A stretch of DNA of 64,000 bases, from assembly GCA_963787255.1 (NCBI GenBank), contig CAWBCJ010000029.1, forward strand, positions 160,001-224,000. The letters run 5' to 3'. The position numbers and the translations under genes were made by a program. Under the pieces are notes generated by a model. That model was given only the letters and a program-made list of their open reading frames with translations, ran no database searches and was not told where the DNA came from. Below, piece by piece: positions 53,953 through 64,000 of this stretch. This DNA comes from Methanobacteriota archaeon. GTDB lineage: Archaea; Methanobacteriota; Methanobacteria; Methanobacteriales; Methanobacteriaceae. Numbering within the stretch: the first letter of the stretch is position 1; every line of letters starts with the position of its first letter.

Positions 53953-54424
53953 TTATTTATGGGTTTTCCTTTTATCCAGTATCATATCAATTGATTTTTG
54001 CAGTCTTCTTTGTCGAGTTTCTTCACGTTTAGCACCCTCAATCCAGCTGACATATTCTTTCCTATGTGTGTAAGACATTGCATCAAACAATTCTTCTGCT
54101 TCTGGATGTTTTATTTAGCAATTCAGCAAAATCTTCAGGCACTTCAACAATTCTGGGTTTTGTATCCTCCTTTAAAACAACGTGAACAGTATCTCCAGGG
54201 TTTTTATTTATTTTTTTGCGTATTTTTTGTGTAACACCCAATATATGGCAATGATGCCCCATTTTTACAAGTGAACCCCTATATTCAACCCCATCAAACG
54301 TTGCATGTACCTTAACTCTTCCTTTTTTGCCGAATTCTTTTTCCACGTCATAGGGAAACTCTATGAAAGTAGCATCCATCCCTTTACGCTTTATAAGCAC
54401 TGCATCGAATTCATATTCTTTCAT
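53953..54424 (-). CDS. DUF1905 + YdeI/OmpD-associated domain protein, +1 indel near 54110
   Basis: FIEFPYDVEKEFGKKGRVKV..YRGSL. The corrected frame continues HPEAEELFDAMSYTHRKEYVSWIEGAKREETRQRR to TAA 53953. Confidence 0.82.
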
Positions 54425-54440
54425 AACACTTTCTCCTTAG

Positions 54441-54955
54441 TTATTCACTTTTTTCAATTTGATCCCAAGGCTTTAGACGAGGTATCCATCTTGGAACATT
54501 TTTCTTGTACTCAACATAATCATTCCCAAACCTCTTTATTAGTCCAGGTTCTTCCGAATAAACAAAATAAATGTGATTTACAATAAAGAATAGCATAAAC
54601 AACAGGAACAACTCAATTGAAGAAAAAATCAATGATTCACCTAAAACTATCATTAAAACACTGCTTATCATTGGATTTCGGACATATCGATACGCTCCCT
54701 CGACAACCAGCTTCTTTGGAGGATCCCACGGAGCTAATGTGCCTCTACCTATTTTTAAAAACGATTTATTGGTATAAATTAGGAATATTAATCCCAAAAA
54801 TATCAATAACATCCCCAAAATTAGCATGATGACTGATAAAATTGAATTAAAAGCCAGTAAGTGGTTATTAAAACTAAAAAAAACAATAGAGGTATTATAA
54901 CTGTAATTGTGACCGGTAATATCAGTGAAAATAAAGCCCTTACAAATAACCTCAT
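54441..54955 (-). CDS. isoprenylcysteine carboxyl methyltransferase/PEMT-family membrane protein, indel in a poly-T run near 54880
   Basis: GTLAPWDPPKKLVVEGAYRYVRNPM, EEPGL..RFG..Y..VPRW. Upstream ATG 54955 with GAGG RBS lies in another frame. Confidence 0.85.
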
Positions 54956-55006
54956 GAAATCATCCTCTACTCAATACTTAATTATTATTTAGCACTATTA
55001 ATCTTT

Positions 55007-55326
55007 TTATAAATCAATTCTTTCAATCTTGAAACCCACGGGCCTAATTGCGTCAGTACAACACGCTATCATGGTTTTATCGTCTTTCATCCACCTTTCA
55101 AAGATATCCTTTGAAAAATTACCTCCAGACAGCAGGCTTGCAACAAATCTGTAAATATCGTTCCGAGCCCAATCACAGAAACCCTCCGGTTTTTCAAATC
55201 CCGCAATAAATTCCAGTTCCTTCTTTAAAAACCGGGCAATTTCGTTACTTCATTCTGGCAATACTTCACTGGCCAATTCTTTATTGAGATCTGTCTTTAA
55301 AACTGTTATTTTACATTTTGGGGCAT
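55007..55326 (-). CDS. TIGR04076-family protein disrupted by about five single-base insertions (not in ORF track)
   Basis: Reconstructed MPKCKITVLK..CPVFKEG.EF..KPEGFCDWA..WMKD..IACCTD.IRPV.FKIER. Confidence 0.72.
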
Positions 55327-55361
55327 AAAAAGACCTCATGTGAATATATTTTTGAAAAACT

Positions 55362-55653
55362 TTAAGGAGATTCATAATCCACAGCAACAGTTGATTCTCC
55401 AACAGAAACCATATATTCTGCTACTTCAACGTGTAATGGACTAATTTGATATGCTTCAAGGTCTTTAACACTATCAAACCTTGTTAAAAGCGCCATATCA
55501 TATGACCTATCCGAATTAGTGATGTCAATGCCCACTTCAATGTGTTTTAATTCCCGGATTTTGTTATTCATGCCCATTAGAGATATTTTTAGCTTTTTCA
55601 AGACTTTCTATGCTTTTATCATTTAATTTAAATAGTACTATGTGTGTAATCAT
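55362..55653 (-). CDS. Dabb family (stress-responsive A/B barrel) protein, +1 indel near 55582
   Basis: MITHIVLFKL..IEVGID..SYDMAL..F.S..DLEAYQ..PLH. Confidence 0.88.
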
Positions 55654-55732
55654 TCCAATTCTCCATCATAGATTTAATAAGCTCAAATAAATGTGAAAAA
55701 TGTTAAAATTCAATTATTATCTGCACATAACA

Positions 55733-56143
55733 TTAGATTCTAAAGGTAATTAATTTTTTAATTAATAACTCGAGTATTTCAAAATCTTCATCATTTTTAA
55801 CATTAAATCGGAGCGCGTAACCTTCCCTATACTTTTTAGCTGATTTAATTACGTTATGAATTATTTCCAATTCATTATCTTCTAAAAACGCCTTTCTTTC
55901 ATTTTCACGTACTGCCATACTGATTTTAAATTCATTTTTAAGAGGGATTAGATAAAATAACGCTTTTTTCTTATCATACACCTTTAACATCCATCCACTG
56001 CTTTTTGAAAAATTCCAATCTTTTAAAAATGAATCTGCAATTCCCATTAATTCATTATAATGAACATATGAATCTTCCAATGTCTGTTTTAGCTTTTCTT
56101 CTGTAGGTTTAGCTGCTTTATCTAAAAATGGTCTTTTTTCCAT
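55733..56143 (-). CDS. DUF3788-like protein
   Basis: WNFSKSSGWMLK..KKKALFYLIP, KYREGY. Confidence 0.65.
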   Translation of the reverse strand: MEKRPFLDKAAKPTEEKLKQTLEDSYVHYNELMGIADSFLKDWNFSKSSGWMLKVYDKKKALFYLIPLKNEFKISMAVRENERKAFLEDNELEIIHNVIKSAKKYREGYALRFNVKNDEDFEILELLIKKLITFRI

Positions 56144-56157
56144 ATTTTCACATCTTT

Positions 56158-56566
56158 ATTAATGTTTTAATGACTTTATTTTAAGATAAGTAACGAACAT
56201 AGGGCTTTTATCTTCTCCAATTTCAAAACCGCATTTTTTATAAAATTCAACCTCGCTGCAATAACAACTTTCCTCGCAAAATCTTCGTATTTTGAAGCAT
56301 TAATTTAATCAATTCTCTTCCAATTCCCATCCCTTGATATTCCGGCTGGACTAATAAATAATGGAAAACTGTCATAACGCCATCTGATAAAGAATTGATT
56401 AGTCCAACTAATTTTTCATTGTCTCCGGCCGAATAAACTGTATGATAATTCTTTATTGCCTTTTTAATTTGTTTGGATAATTCCCAGAATCCCATTCAAC
56501 TGAAAGAAACAAATCTTGAAGTTCTTTTTCTTGAAAATCTTTAATTTTCTGGTATTTAATTTCCAT
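56158..56566 (-). pseudogene. GNAT acetyltransferase with several indels (pseudogene or read errors)
   Basis: LFLSVEWDSGNYP, LVGLI, YLLVQPEYQGMGIG and FYKKCGF fall in different frames. Confidence 0.7.
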
Positions 56567-56662
56567 GATAACAAATCCTCGAATAATGAGTATAATGACA
56601 CTTATATCACATTTTATTAATAAATTAAATGAATAATATAACTAATTATGTAAGGGGAAACT

Positions 56663-57513
56663 ATGAATATTAAAAAAAGTTCATTAGAGGTTAATGGAAT
56701 TAATATAACACTTTATGAGGCATTTTCCGTAGAATCAAAAACTCCTCTGTTTTTACTGCATGGTGGAGGTCTTGACTCGGCCATGCTTTCCTATGGAAGT
56801 ATTATGGCTGCTTTAGGCGGGAAATTCCATGTAATTGCTCCAGATTTACCAGGATATGGTGATAGTGATAAACCAGATGCCCCATATACCCTAGAATGGT
56901 ATCAAGAATTTCTGGATGATTTAATAAAAATTTTAGGTTATAAACAGATTAATTTAGGCGGTTTATCCCTGGGTGGTGGCATATCACTGGGTTATTCCCT
57001 TAATCACCCGAATAAAGTTAGAAAACTGGTTTTGATTGCCCCCTATGGCCTGACTGATAAAATTCCCTATCCTCAAATAACATCTATGGTTACTGAAACA
57101 TCAACGTATCTATGACATTATCAACAATTTGGTTCTCTCCAACAAGATGCTTGTAAAAGCCAGCCTGAAAAGAATTCTGGTCAATCCGGATTCATTGACT
57201 GATGATGTAATCCACCAGTTGATGGAAATAGGGAGTAATCCAGATAGTGGCCGGGCCTGGAGATCTTTCCAGCTCAGTGAAATTGAAAATAAAAAACTAA
57301 GGACCTGCTATCCTTGATCAGCTTCCTAATCTTAAAATGCCTGTGCTCCTTTTAACCGGGAAAAACGATTCTCTAGTGCCAAGCAAAGATGTTGAAAGAG
57401 CCCATGCACTTATTCCCCAGTCTAAATTGGTTGAATTGGATGATTGTGGTCATTGGCTTCCTAGAGACAGAAGTAGTGAATTTATTCAGGCTTTAGATAA
57501 TTTTCTTAAATAA
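56663..57513 (+). CDS. alpha/beta hydrolase, two +1 indels (about 57083 and 57312)
   Basis: LLHGGG, APDLPGYGDS, nucleophile elbow GLSLGG, then GKNDSLVP and CGHW in later frames. Confidence 0.88.
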
Positions 57514-57563
57514 ATTTTTTGCATATAATTCCGCCTATTAATATCCTGACGAAAAAGAATGAA

Positions 57564-57968
57564 TTACATATTTTTTGCCCTCGCTTCATTCTCTTTCAGC
57601 CTTGTTTTGACGATTTTTTTAACCAGCGCCTCAGGAAGCTGATTTTCGGCCGAAAACTGGATTGTTGTCCCTGAAGTATTATAATCTTCAAGTTCGCTTT
57701 TGAATGTTTCCAAAATTGATTTATCTACCACAATGAAACTGGAATGATTTTTGAATGCTGCAAAGTGAACCAACGACCCATGATATTTATAAGTCGGAAT
57801 CCTGTAACTAATAACCTCTTCCGCCATCGGCGCTGCATCCCTAATTGCCTTACGAAGTTTCTCGAGAACCTCTTGAGCCTCTTTGGGGGCTTTAGCAATG
57901 TATTCATCTACGTCTTTTGCCGGAGCTTCCTTCTTCACTGTTTCTTTCGAAACTGCTTTCTTTTTCAT
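57564..57968 (-). CDS. DUF1801 (YdhG-like) protein
   Basis: VDEYI, EVISYRIPTY, FAAFKNH, GTTIQF. Confidence 0.88.
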   Translation of the reverse strand: MKKKAVSKETVKKEAPAKDVDEYIAKAPKEAQEVLEKLRKAIRDAAPMAEEVISYRIPTYKYHGSLVHFAAFKNHSSFIVVDKSILETFKSELEDYNTSGTTIQFSAENQLPEALVKKIVKTRLKENEARAKNM

Positions 57969-57998
57969 AATATTCCCCCATACCTCTACTAATTTATT

Positions 57999-58364
57999 TT
58001 AGACCCAATTCCATGCATACCAGACAGTTATTACATTAAACACAAGTCCTACAATTATCAAAAATTTGTCATAAGCGGAAGGGTAGGTAGGTAATCCTAT
58101 TAGATTAAAAACAAAAAAGAATGTGGCTACGATGATGTTTGCCCAGCGATTCAAGGGATAAGGCAAAATCAGGGACATTATGACCATAATAATTGGAATC
58201 ACCATTATTATTGCAATTCCCAGCCACTGTATTTGAGTAAGTTGCTTACCTCCTATTTCTCCAGCTTTGAAGTCGCCAGTAAATATCCGCAGCACATCTC
58301 CCAAAAGATAAGTCAACATTAAAGCTATCCACAACGCTGAAAGTATTATCTGCACATCTTCCAT
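57999..58364 (-). CDS. DUF6326-like small membrane protein
   Basis: LSALW..LTYL.GD, NRWANII, WYAWNW. Confidence 0.75.
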   Translation of the reverse strand: MEDVQIILSALWIALMLTYLLGDVLRIFTGDFKAGEIGGKQLTQIQWLGIAIIMVIPIIMVIMSLILPYPLNRWANIIVATFFFVFNLIGLPTYPSAYDKFLIIVGLVFNVITVWYAWNWV

Positions 58365-58379
58365 GATTTAATCACCTTT

Positions 58380-59360
58380 TCACAATTTATGATCTACATT
58401 TATGATCACATTTCCCTTTTTATGTCCTCTCTCCACATACCTATGAGCTTCTGCAGTTTTTTCTAATGGATAACATCTATCAATCACTGATTTTAATTTT
58501 TCCGCCTCAATTAGTTCTTTTAGGAATATTAAATCTTCATTTTTTCCGCTTGCCGCTCCAGTTATTACCTTCTTGCTACTTCTCATTGAAGTCAATCGTC
58601 CCCGAATTATCTCTGAAAGCCCAGGGTTAGCTAAAAGATAACTTCCATTTTCCTTTAGCGAGTTTAAACTATGTGAAAACGGGCTTTTTCCAACTACATC
58701 AAAAATAACATCGTAAGTTTCACCACTTTGGGTAAAATCCTCTTCAGTGTAATCAATGGCATTATCTGCACCAATCGAACGTACCATGTCCAGATTTCTC
58801 GTGCTGCACACACCAGTGACTTCAGCTCCAAAGTACTTAGCAAGTTGAACCGCAACTGTACCAATACTACCAGATGCACCATTAATCAGAACTTTTTGTC
58901 CGCTCTGGATATTAGCTTGTCTTAGAAAATGTAATGCTTCGATTCCTCCCATAGGAATAGTAGCGGCTTCTTCATAGGTCATATTGACAGGTTTTATGGC
59001 AATCACTCCATCTTCAGGCAGGCATATATACTCAGCATAGGCACCTAAATTAAAGCCTGTACGTGCAAAAACCTGATTTCCTTTCCTGAAAAATTTTACA
59101 TCTTTGCCTACTGATTCAATTTCTCCTGCTAATTCTTGTCCTAATATTTTTTTTCTGGGTCCTCGAAAACCAAATCCTATTCGCGCAGGAAGCCATAACC
59201 AGGCTGGCATTTTGAATTTTCGAATTTCAACATCCCCTGTTGTTACTGTTGCAGCATATATTCTTATCAGTACTTCATTGTCTTTAGGAATAGGTTTTTC
59301 TACCTCTGCCAGCTGAAGAACATCAGGCGGTCCGTATTTTGTACATATAACCGCTTTCAT
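58380..59360 (-). CDS. NAD(P)-dependent MDR oxidoreductase (Zn-independent, quinone-reductase-like)
   Basis: [37 protein letters not shown]. Confidence 0.92.
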   Translation of the reverse strand: MKAVICTKYGPPDVLQLAEVEKPIPKDNEVLIRIYAATVTTGDVEIRKFKMPAWLWLPARIGFGFRGPRKKILGQELAGEIESVGKDVKFFRKGNQVFARTGFNLGAYAEYICLPEDGVIAIKPVNMTYEEAATIPMGGIEALHFLRQANIQSGQKVLINGASGSIGTVAVQLAKYFGAEVTGVCSTRNLDMVRSIGADNAIDYTEEDFTQSGETYDVIFDVVGKSPFSHSLNSLKENGSYLLANPGLSEIIRGRLTSMRSSKKVITGAASGKNEDLIFLKELIEAEKLKSVIDRCYPLEKTAEAHRYVERGHKKGNVIINVDHKL

Positions 59361-59432
59361 AATTTATCGTCCTAATTCATTAGAATTTGTTATTATATTT
59401 CAAGCTTTACTCATTTGCTTTTTTCTATATAG

Positions 59433-59945
59433 CTATGAGCCATGTGTGTCTTGTTTCAGCTTCTGAGCAAACTCTTCTGCATTTTTGAGGTCTTGAGCAT
59501 TAGGCCTGCCCTTATTCATTCCCCCAAAAAGCTTAAGGAAACTATTTGTGTTAAAACCTTTACATTGGAATTCATCAACAATTATGTAGCCTTTCGATTG
59601 CAGTTTTTCCCTAAGTCTCGAGTGATCTTTGGCAGCTTTGGATTTTCCAGTTATTCCACTGGTTGAAAAAATGAATGCATTCTTTTTCGTGACATGTGAG
59701 AGTTCATCGGCAAGTTCAAGTAGAGATTCGTGATTTTTTGCACTATATATCCCTGAGCCAAATCCTACAAGATCATAATCTTGAAGTTCTTCAGGATTTA
59801 TTTCTTGTGGCGTTTTTATTTCTGCATTAAGAACTTTTGCAAACACTTTAGCTATTTTTTCAGTATTATTGTGGTGATACGAAAACAAAACTATGAGAGA
59901 TTTGATTTGTAAGGGATTATTGAGTTCATTTCCTTTATTTTCCAT
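59433..59945 (-). CDS. flavodoxin family protein
   Basis: SYHHNNTEKIA, GFGSGIY, FSTSG, GRPN. Confidence 0.9.
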   Translation of the reverse strand: MENKGNELNNPLQIKSLIVLFSYHHNNTEKIAKVFAKVLNAEIKTPQEINPEELQDYDLVGFGSGIYSAKNHESLLELADELSHVTKKNAFIFSTSGITGKSKAAKDHSRLREKLQSKGYIIVDEFQCKGFNTNSFLKLFGGMNKGRPNAQDLKNAEEFAQKLKQDTHGS

Positions 59946-60060
59946 TTTTTCACCTTATTTTTATTATTATGTTATAAATTACGACTAATTTCCTTGGTAT
60001 GGCCTTTAAGATAATAAATAGTTTCAACAGCCTTAGAACGTCACATCCCTAAATCAACAC

Positions 60061-60801
60061 CTACTTCTGTAACAGAAAAAATTTACCAAAGTTGATTATT
60101 CCCTCATCAAGAAGACTGAACCCAGCCTGCTCGAAAAGAGACCGCCATTCTTTACTGGAGGTGAGTATTAAAGAGAAAACACTCATAACCGCGAATGTTT
60201 GTAGGCTGAGTGTGGGGACAATAATCAATATTTTTCCTCCGGGTTTAAGCACACGAAACAGCTCCTTCAAACCGATAAGTTTTGCTTTGCCTAAATTATT
60301 CACCAAGAGGACGCTAATAGCCGCGCCAAAGGTGTTATCCTCAAATTCAAGATCTGTCACATCCCCTTGTACGATCCGAACCTTATTGCTTATTCCTGCA
60401 ATTTCCAGGTTCTTTTCAAGCAATTCCTTGCTGCTTATACTTTCGGATTTAGGATCAAATAGGTCAAGGGCGACAATCTGTCCATTCTTCGAAACCTTGC
60501 TTAGTTCAACGGTGACTCTGCCCGAACCACACCCTGCATCAAGAATAAAATCCTCATCTGAGGAGAATAAATCAACAAATGGAAGTGTCATATTATCAGT
60601 TTTTGAAAAATTTCGGGCCACATAAGTTCCCATAACGAAATTTGTCGAAAGCAAAAGAAGGGGCAATGACAATACTTGAATATAAGGCGATTCAAAATAA
60701 AAAAATATTGTTAAACTTGCACATAAACAAATCGCTCCTATAATCCATGGAAAATTCTCAAATAAAGAAGATCCGCCGAAATTTAATTCTTCTTCCTTCA
60801 T
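60061..60801 (-). CDS. membrane-anchored class I SAM-dependent methyltransferase
   Basis: Two N-terminal TMs, ILDAGCGSG, VLKPGG. Confidence 0.88.
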   Translation of the reverse strand: MKEEELNFGGSSLFENFPWIIGAICLCASLTIFFYFESPYIQVLSLPLLLLSTNFVMGTYVARNFSKTDNMTLPFVDLFSSDEDFILDAGCGSGRVTVELSKVSKNGQIVALDLFDPKSESISSKELLEKNLEIAGISNKVRIVQGDVTDLEFEDNTFGAAISVLLVNNLGKAKLIGLKELFRVLKPGGKILIIVPTLSLQTFAVMSVFSLILTSSKEWRSLFEQAGFSLLDEGIINFGKFFLLQK

Positions 60802-60896
60802 TTTATTCTCTCCTTCTTGTCTTTAATTATATTTTTCGCTCTTTCAAGCTAAATAGCTTTTGGAAGTCCATATTTTGTACATACAGCTGCTTTCAT
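60799..60896 (-). pseudogene. 5' relic of a third MDR oxidoreductase copy
   Basis: MKAAVCTKYGLPKAI*LERAKNIIKD aligns with [27 protein letters not shown]. Confidence 0.7.
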
Positions 60897-60935
60897 GATT
60901 TCACTCTATTCAATGTGCCTTTTTTTTCTAGTTAA

Positions 60936-61631
60936 TTATTTTGCAAATCCGGAGCAATTGCAGATTGTATTAAATCCTTTAACTATAAGCCATACCGCAA
61001 ATACCATTTCCTGCACAGCTATTGGAATAGCTAATACGGCATATGGAGAGGTTAATCCAATTCCAAGACCAAAAATACCAAGCAATCCATATAATACTAT
61101 TAATGCAGCTCCAATGAATCCCCAAAGAGATAACCATCTAGGAATTAGTTTGGATTGATACAATACATAATTGAGAGTCATACCTCCCAAACCAGCGAAG
61201 ATCAAAGTCCCAATCAACACTGCCCAATCTTGTAACGCCAGTAGCAATGTGCCTAAAACTTGGTAATATGAGACATCAATGGCCCCTGCCACATATTTCT
61301 GGCTTACCGTTAATATTATAAGAAGACCCATAGTGCCAACAACATAGAAAACGTTCTCAAATGTTCTTAAAACAACATACCCCATAGCTAAACTTTCAAT
61401 ATGCCTTCTAAGGATTGGGAACAACATAAATGAAGTGGCAACAGCAGAAATAGCAGCTATTAAGAAAAATATCACTGCTATTAACATTTGGTTTCCATGT
61501 GCAGAAACGCTAGTAAGATAATTGGGAGCGTCTAAAATTGAACCTAAAGAAACCGAGCCTACTATAGACGCAACCGTCGCAAATATAAATAATACTCCCA
61601 CAATTATTCCTGTCCTTCTATATTCATCCAT
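60936..61631 (-). CDS. DUF4386 family membrane protein
   Basis: GIIVGVLFI, LFPILRR, SKLIPRWLSLWG, QEMVFAVWLIVKGFN. Confidence 0.88.
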   Translation of the reverse strand: MDEYRRTGIIVGVLFIFATVASIVGSVSLGSILDAPNYLTSVSAHGNQMLIAVIFFLIAAISAVATSFMLFPILRRHIESLAMGYVVLRTFENVFYVVGTMGLLIILTVSQKYVAGAIDVSYYQVLGTLLLALQDWAVLIGTLIFAGLGGMTLNYVLYQSKLIPRWLSLWGFIGAALIVLYGLLGIFGLGIGLTSPYAVLAIPIAVQEMVFAVWLIVKGFNTICNCSGFAK

Positions 61632-61651
61632 TTTAATCACCTTATTTTTAA

Positions 61652-62567
61652 TTATGATTCCACAGTTATGACCACATTTCCTTTTTTATGCCCTTTTTCG
61701 ACATATCTATGAGCATCAACAATTTTTTCTAAAGGATACGTTCTATCAATGACCGTTTTTATCTTCCCAGCCTCAATTAGTTCTTTGAGGAAGATTAGAT
61801 CTTCAGTCTTTTCCTTATCTGAAGATCCCAGCACAGAAAGAAAGATTCCTTTCTCATTCAATGCTCTCTTACTTCTTGAAGACGAACTCTTGGCTACTGC
61901 GTCAAAAATAACATCGTAGGTTTCACCACTTTGGGTAAAATCCTCTTCAGTGTAATCTATTACATTATCTGCTCCCAGAGCTTTTACCCACTCTAAATTA
62001 GCAGTACTGCATACTCCTGTGACTTCTGCACCAAAGTACTTGGCAAGCTGAACCGCAAAAGAACCTACACTACCAGAAGCTCCATAAATCAAAACTTTTT
62101 GTCCACTCTGAACTTTTCCTTTCCTAAGAAAGCGTACTGCTGTAGCCCCTCCAACAGGAACGGCTGCAGCCTCCTCAAAGGTCATATTGGCTGGGTTTAA
62201 TTGCCAGCATTCCGTCATCGGGCAGGCATTTGTATTCGGCATAACCACCAAAATTTGCTCCACAAGTAGATGCAAAAACCTGATCACCTTTCTTAAACCT
62301 TTTTACATCTTTACCTACTGATTCAACTTCTCCGGATAACTCCATCCCTAATATAGGTCTCTTTGGTTTTCTAATGCCCAAATATATTCGTGCAAAGAGC
62401 CATTGAGAGCGGGGGACGGTGAAACTTCGCATTCTCACATCCCCTGCAGTTACTGTTGTAGCATGGACTTTTACCAGTATTTCATTGTCTTTTGGAGTAG
62501 GTTTTTCTACGTTAACCACCTGAAGAACTTCAGGTGGTCCGTATTTTGTGTAGATAGTCGCTTTCAT
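61652..62567 (-). CDS. second NAD(P)-dependent MDR oxidoreductase, +1 indel near 62195
   Basis: [29 protein letters not shown]. The two ORFs join if one C is removed. Confidence 0.9.
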
Positions 62568-62592
62568 TGTTCTATCCTTTCTATTAAAAGAC

Positions 62593-63471
62593 TCATTCTA
62601 GATTTAATTTAATTGTGCCAATTTTTGGTGCCAGGTAGTTGTATGATAGCGCAATTATTGCTGTTTCAATGAAATACATTATGAAATTGGTTATAAATTC
62701 TCCATAATTCCCTGAGAAAATACCCAATAATCCTAATAATGCATAAACAAGGGCCACCGCCAGAGCTGTTGGTATTACAGGTATGTGTTTAAGTTCATAT
62801 AGGCTTCCAGTTATATTCGCGAATTCCAATTTAATTTTAGCTACTCTGGTAACTATGTAGTTATAGAATACTGCAAATAATGCGTTCCATATAAATCCAA
62901 ACACGAAAACCAGTATAGGTAACCCTATTATTAACAACAATGCTACAATTATTCCTGCTGATCCGAATACTGAGCTATCTACAGTTGTTCCAGTAGCGTT
63001 GGTTAAATTAGCTGTTATATTATTTGCTATAGGGGAGCTACTGATTAGTGAAAATATTGGCGTAATAAACGCTGCCATTAATAATCCTATGATAAATGCC
63101 CATATCGCCCCGATTGCTGATAGAATCAGGGAAAAGGAAATTACTGGAATTTTTAATACATCTTTACCATCTAATTCTAATTTTATTCCACCCAATTTAG
63201 GCACTAACACGTTATAAAACATTGCAGATAAAAGACTCACTGACAATGTGATTAAAAACGCACCTACTGGAAGGAGTACAAGTAATGGTATTCCCACTCC
63301 AGTTACAATATTAAACTGTCCCAATTGAGGAATTAATCCTGCTGCTTGCACAATTATCAGGATTATTAGCATCGCTAAAGCTGCAACAAATCCCAAAATT
63401 GCATATATTGAAGCTGACATCTTGGTAAACGATGTCAGTTTAACTGATTTAATTTCTTTAATATCAACCAT
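62593..63471 (-). CDS. multi-pass membrane protein with three internal repeats (DUF3566-like)
   Basis: Repeated [27 protein letters not shown] and [20 protein letters not shown]. Confidence 0.75.
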   Translation of the reverse strand: MVDIKEIKSVKLTSFTKMSASIYAILGFVAALAMLIILIIVQAAGLIPQLGQFNIVTGVGIPLLVLLPVGAFLITLSVSLLSAMFYNVLVPKLGGIKLELDGKDVLKIPVISFSLILSAIGAIWAFIIGLLMAAFITPIFSLISSSPIANNITANLTNATGTTVDSSVFGSAGIIVALLLIIGLPILVFVFGFIWNALFAVFYNYIVTRVAKIKLEFANITGSLYELKHIPVIPTALAVALVYALLGLLGIFSGNYGEFITNFIMYFIETAIIALSYNYLAPKIGTIKLNLE

Positions 63472-63751
63472 TTTTTTACCTCCAAATTCTATGAATTTAA
63501 AATCCAAATGATGTTTTTTATTAATTTAGTCAATCGATTATTATTTTTTTTAATCCTTTATTGACTAGTTAAATCTTGTTTAAACACTTAAAAGTAGTTT
63601 TTCCAAATTTTCCTCACATTATTGTGGGATTTCCCTCCAAATTCACTCCAAAATTATGAGATGAATTATATAATTTAAAAATAAAACGAATTTAAACCCT
63701 TCAATTAAAATAATTCAAATTTTAAAAAAGATACTATTAAAAAAAATTGAA

Positions 63752-64000
63752 TTATTCCCTTGTTATCATTAAAAGTAATGCTAGTGCTGTAAATTCAAGT
63801 CCTAAAAATATTAAAAGAAAAACAGCATTGAAGAGGGATTCAGGAACGTTGAATAAGAAATAAACTGAAAATAAAACGTTTTGTATCAGGAAAAGTGATG
63901 TAAACAAAACAAGAGTGGTGGTGAACTTGGACTTAACTTTAAGGTATCTTTCCATGTATACATAGAGCATACCTGCTAAAAGACAGATATTTGCAATGCT
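63752..64000 (-). CDS. small membrane protein, 5'-truncated by the window edge
   Basis: Hydrophobic ORF open to the window end. Confidence 0.65.
   Translation of the reverse strand, partial: SIANICLLAGMLYVYMERYLKVKSKFTTTLVLFTSLFLIQNVLFSVYFLFNVPESLFNAVFLLIFLGLEFTALALLLMITRE

Noticed and set aside
55245-55255. In-frame TGA in the TIGR04076 gene as Sec readthrough
   Set aside because: The TGA exists only in the shifted frame between insertions. The corrected frame reads YCQNEVTKCP.
47249-64000. Integrative element or integron at tRNA-Gln
   Set aside because: No integrase, no repeat of the tRNA 3' end and no recurring attC-like spacer were found within the window.

Overview
AT-rich chromosomal DNA from a hydrogenotrophic methanogen, most likely Methanobacterium or another Methanobacteriaceae member. 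This is inferred from comC/comDE, fdhCAB-mvhD, purP, aCPSF1-psmB, hjc, nop5-fibrillarin and GGAGG/GGTGA ribosome-binding sites. Positions 1-43.8 kb are mostly core genes: three CBS proteins plus an Rnl3 RNA ligase, pheA, three PsbP-like proteins, coaBC, box C/D sRNP genes, pyrDK, a five-tRNA operon, gatB, hisE, comDE, purP, an expanded formate module (fdhC-fdhA-fdhB-mvhD-fdhB-carbonic anhydrase), comC, purM, aCPSF1 and psmB. Positions 43.8-64 kb are an accessory tract around tRNA-Gln, mostly on the minus strand. It holds methyltransferases, a PadR-ABC exporter, TetR, small DUF proteins and duplicated MDR oxidoreductases. At least ten genes, including essential ones, are broken by single-base insertions, which look like long-read sequencing errors. 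The best leads are: (1) an 84-nt tandem repeat in the fdhC leader whose stem covaries on the mRNA strand; (2) a ~120-nt nested-stem candidate ncRNA after the fdh operon; (3) a hidden CTG-initiated Zn-ribbon extension on the RNA ligase; (4) two unannotated small proteins; and (5) clear operator arrays. No CRISPR array, integrase or transposase was seen. All family assignments come from motif recognition, not database searches.
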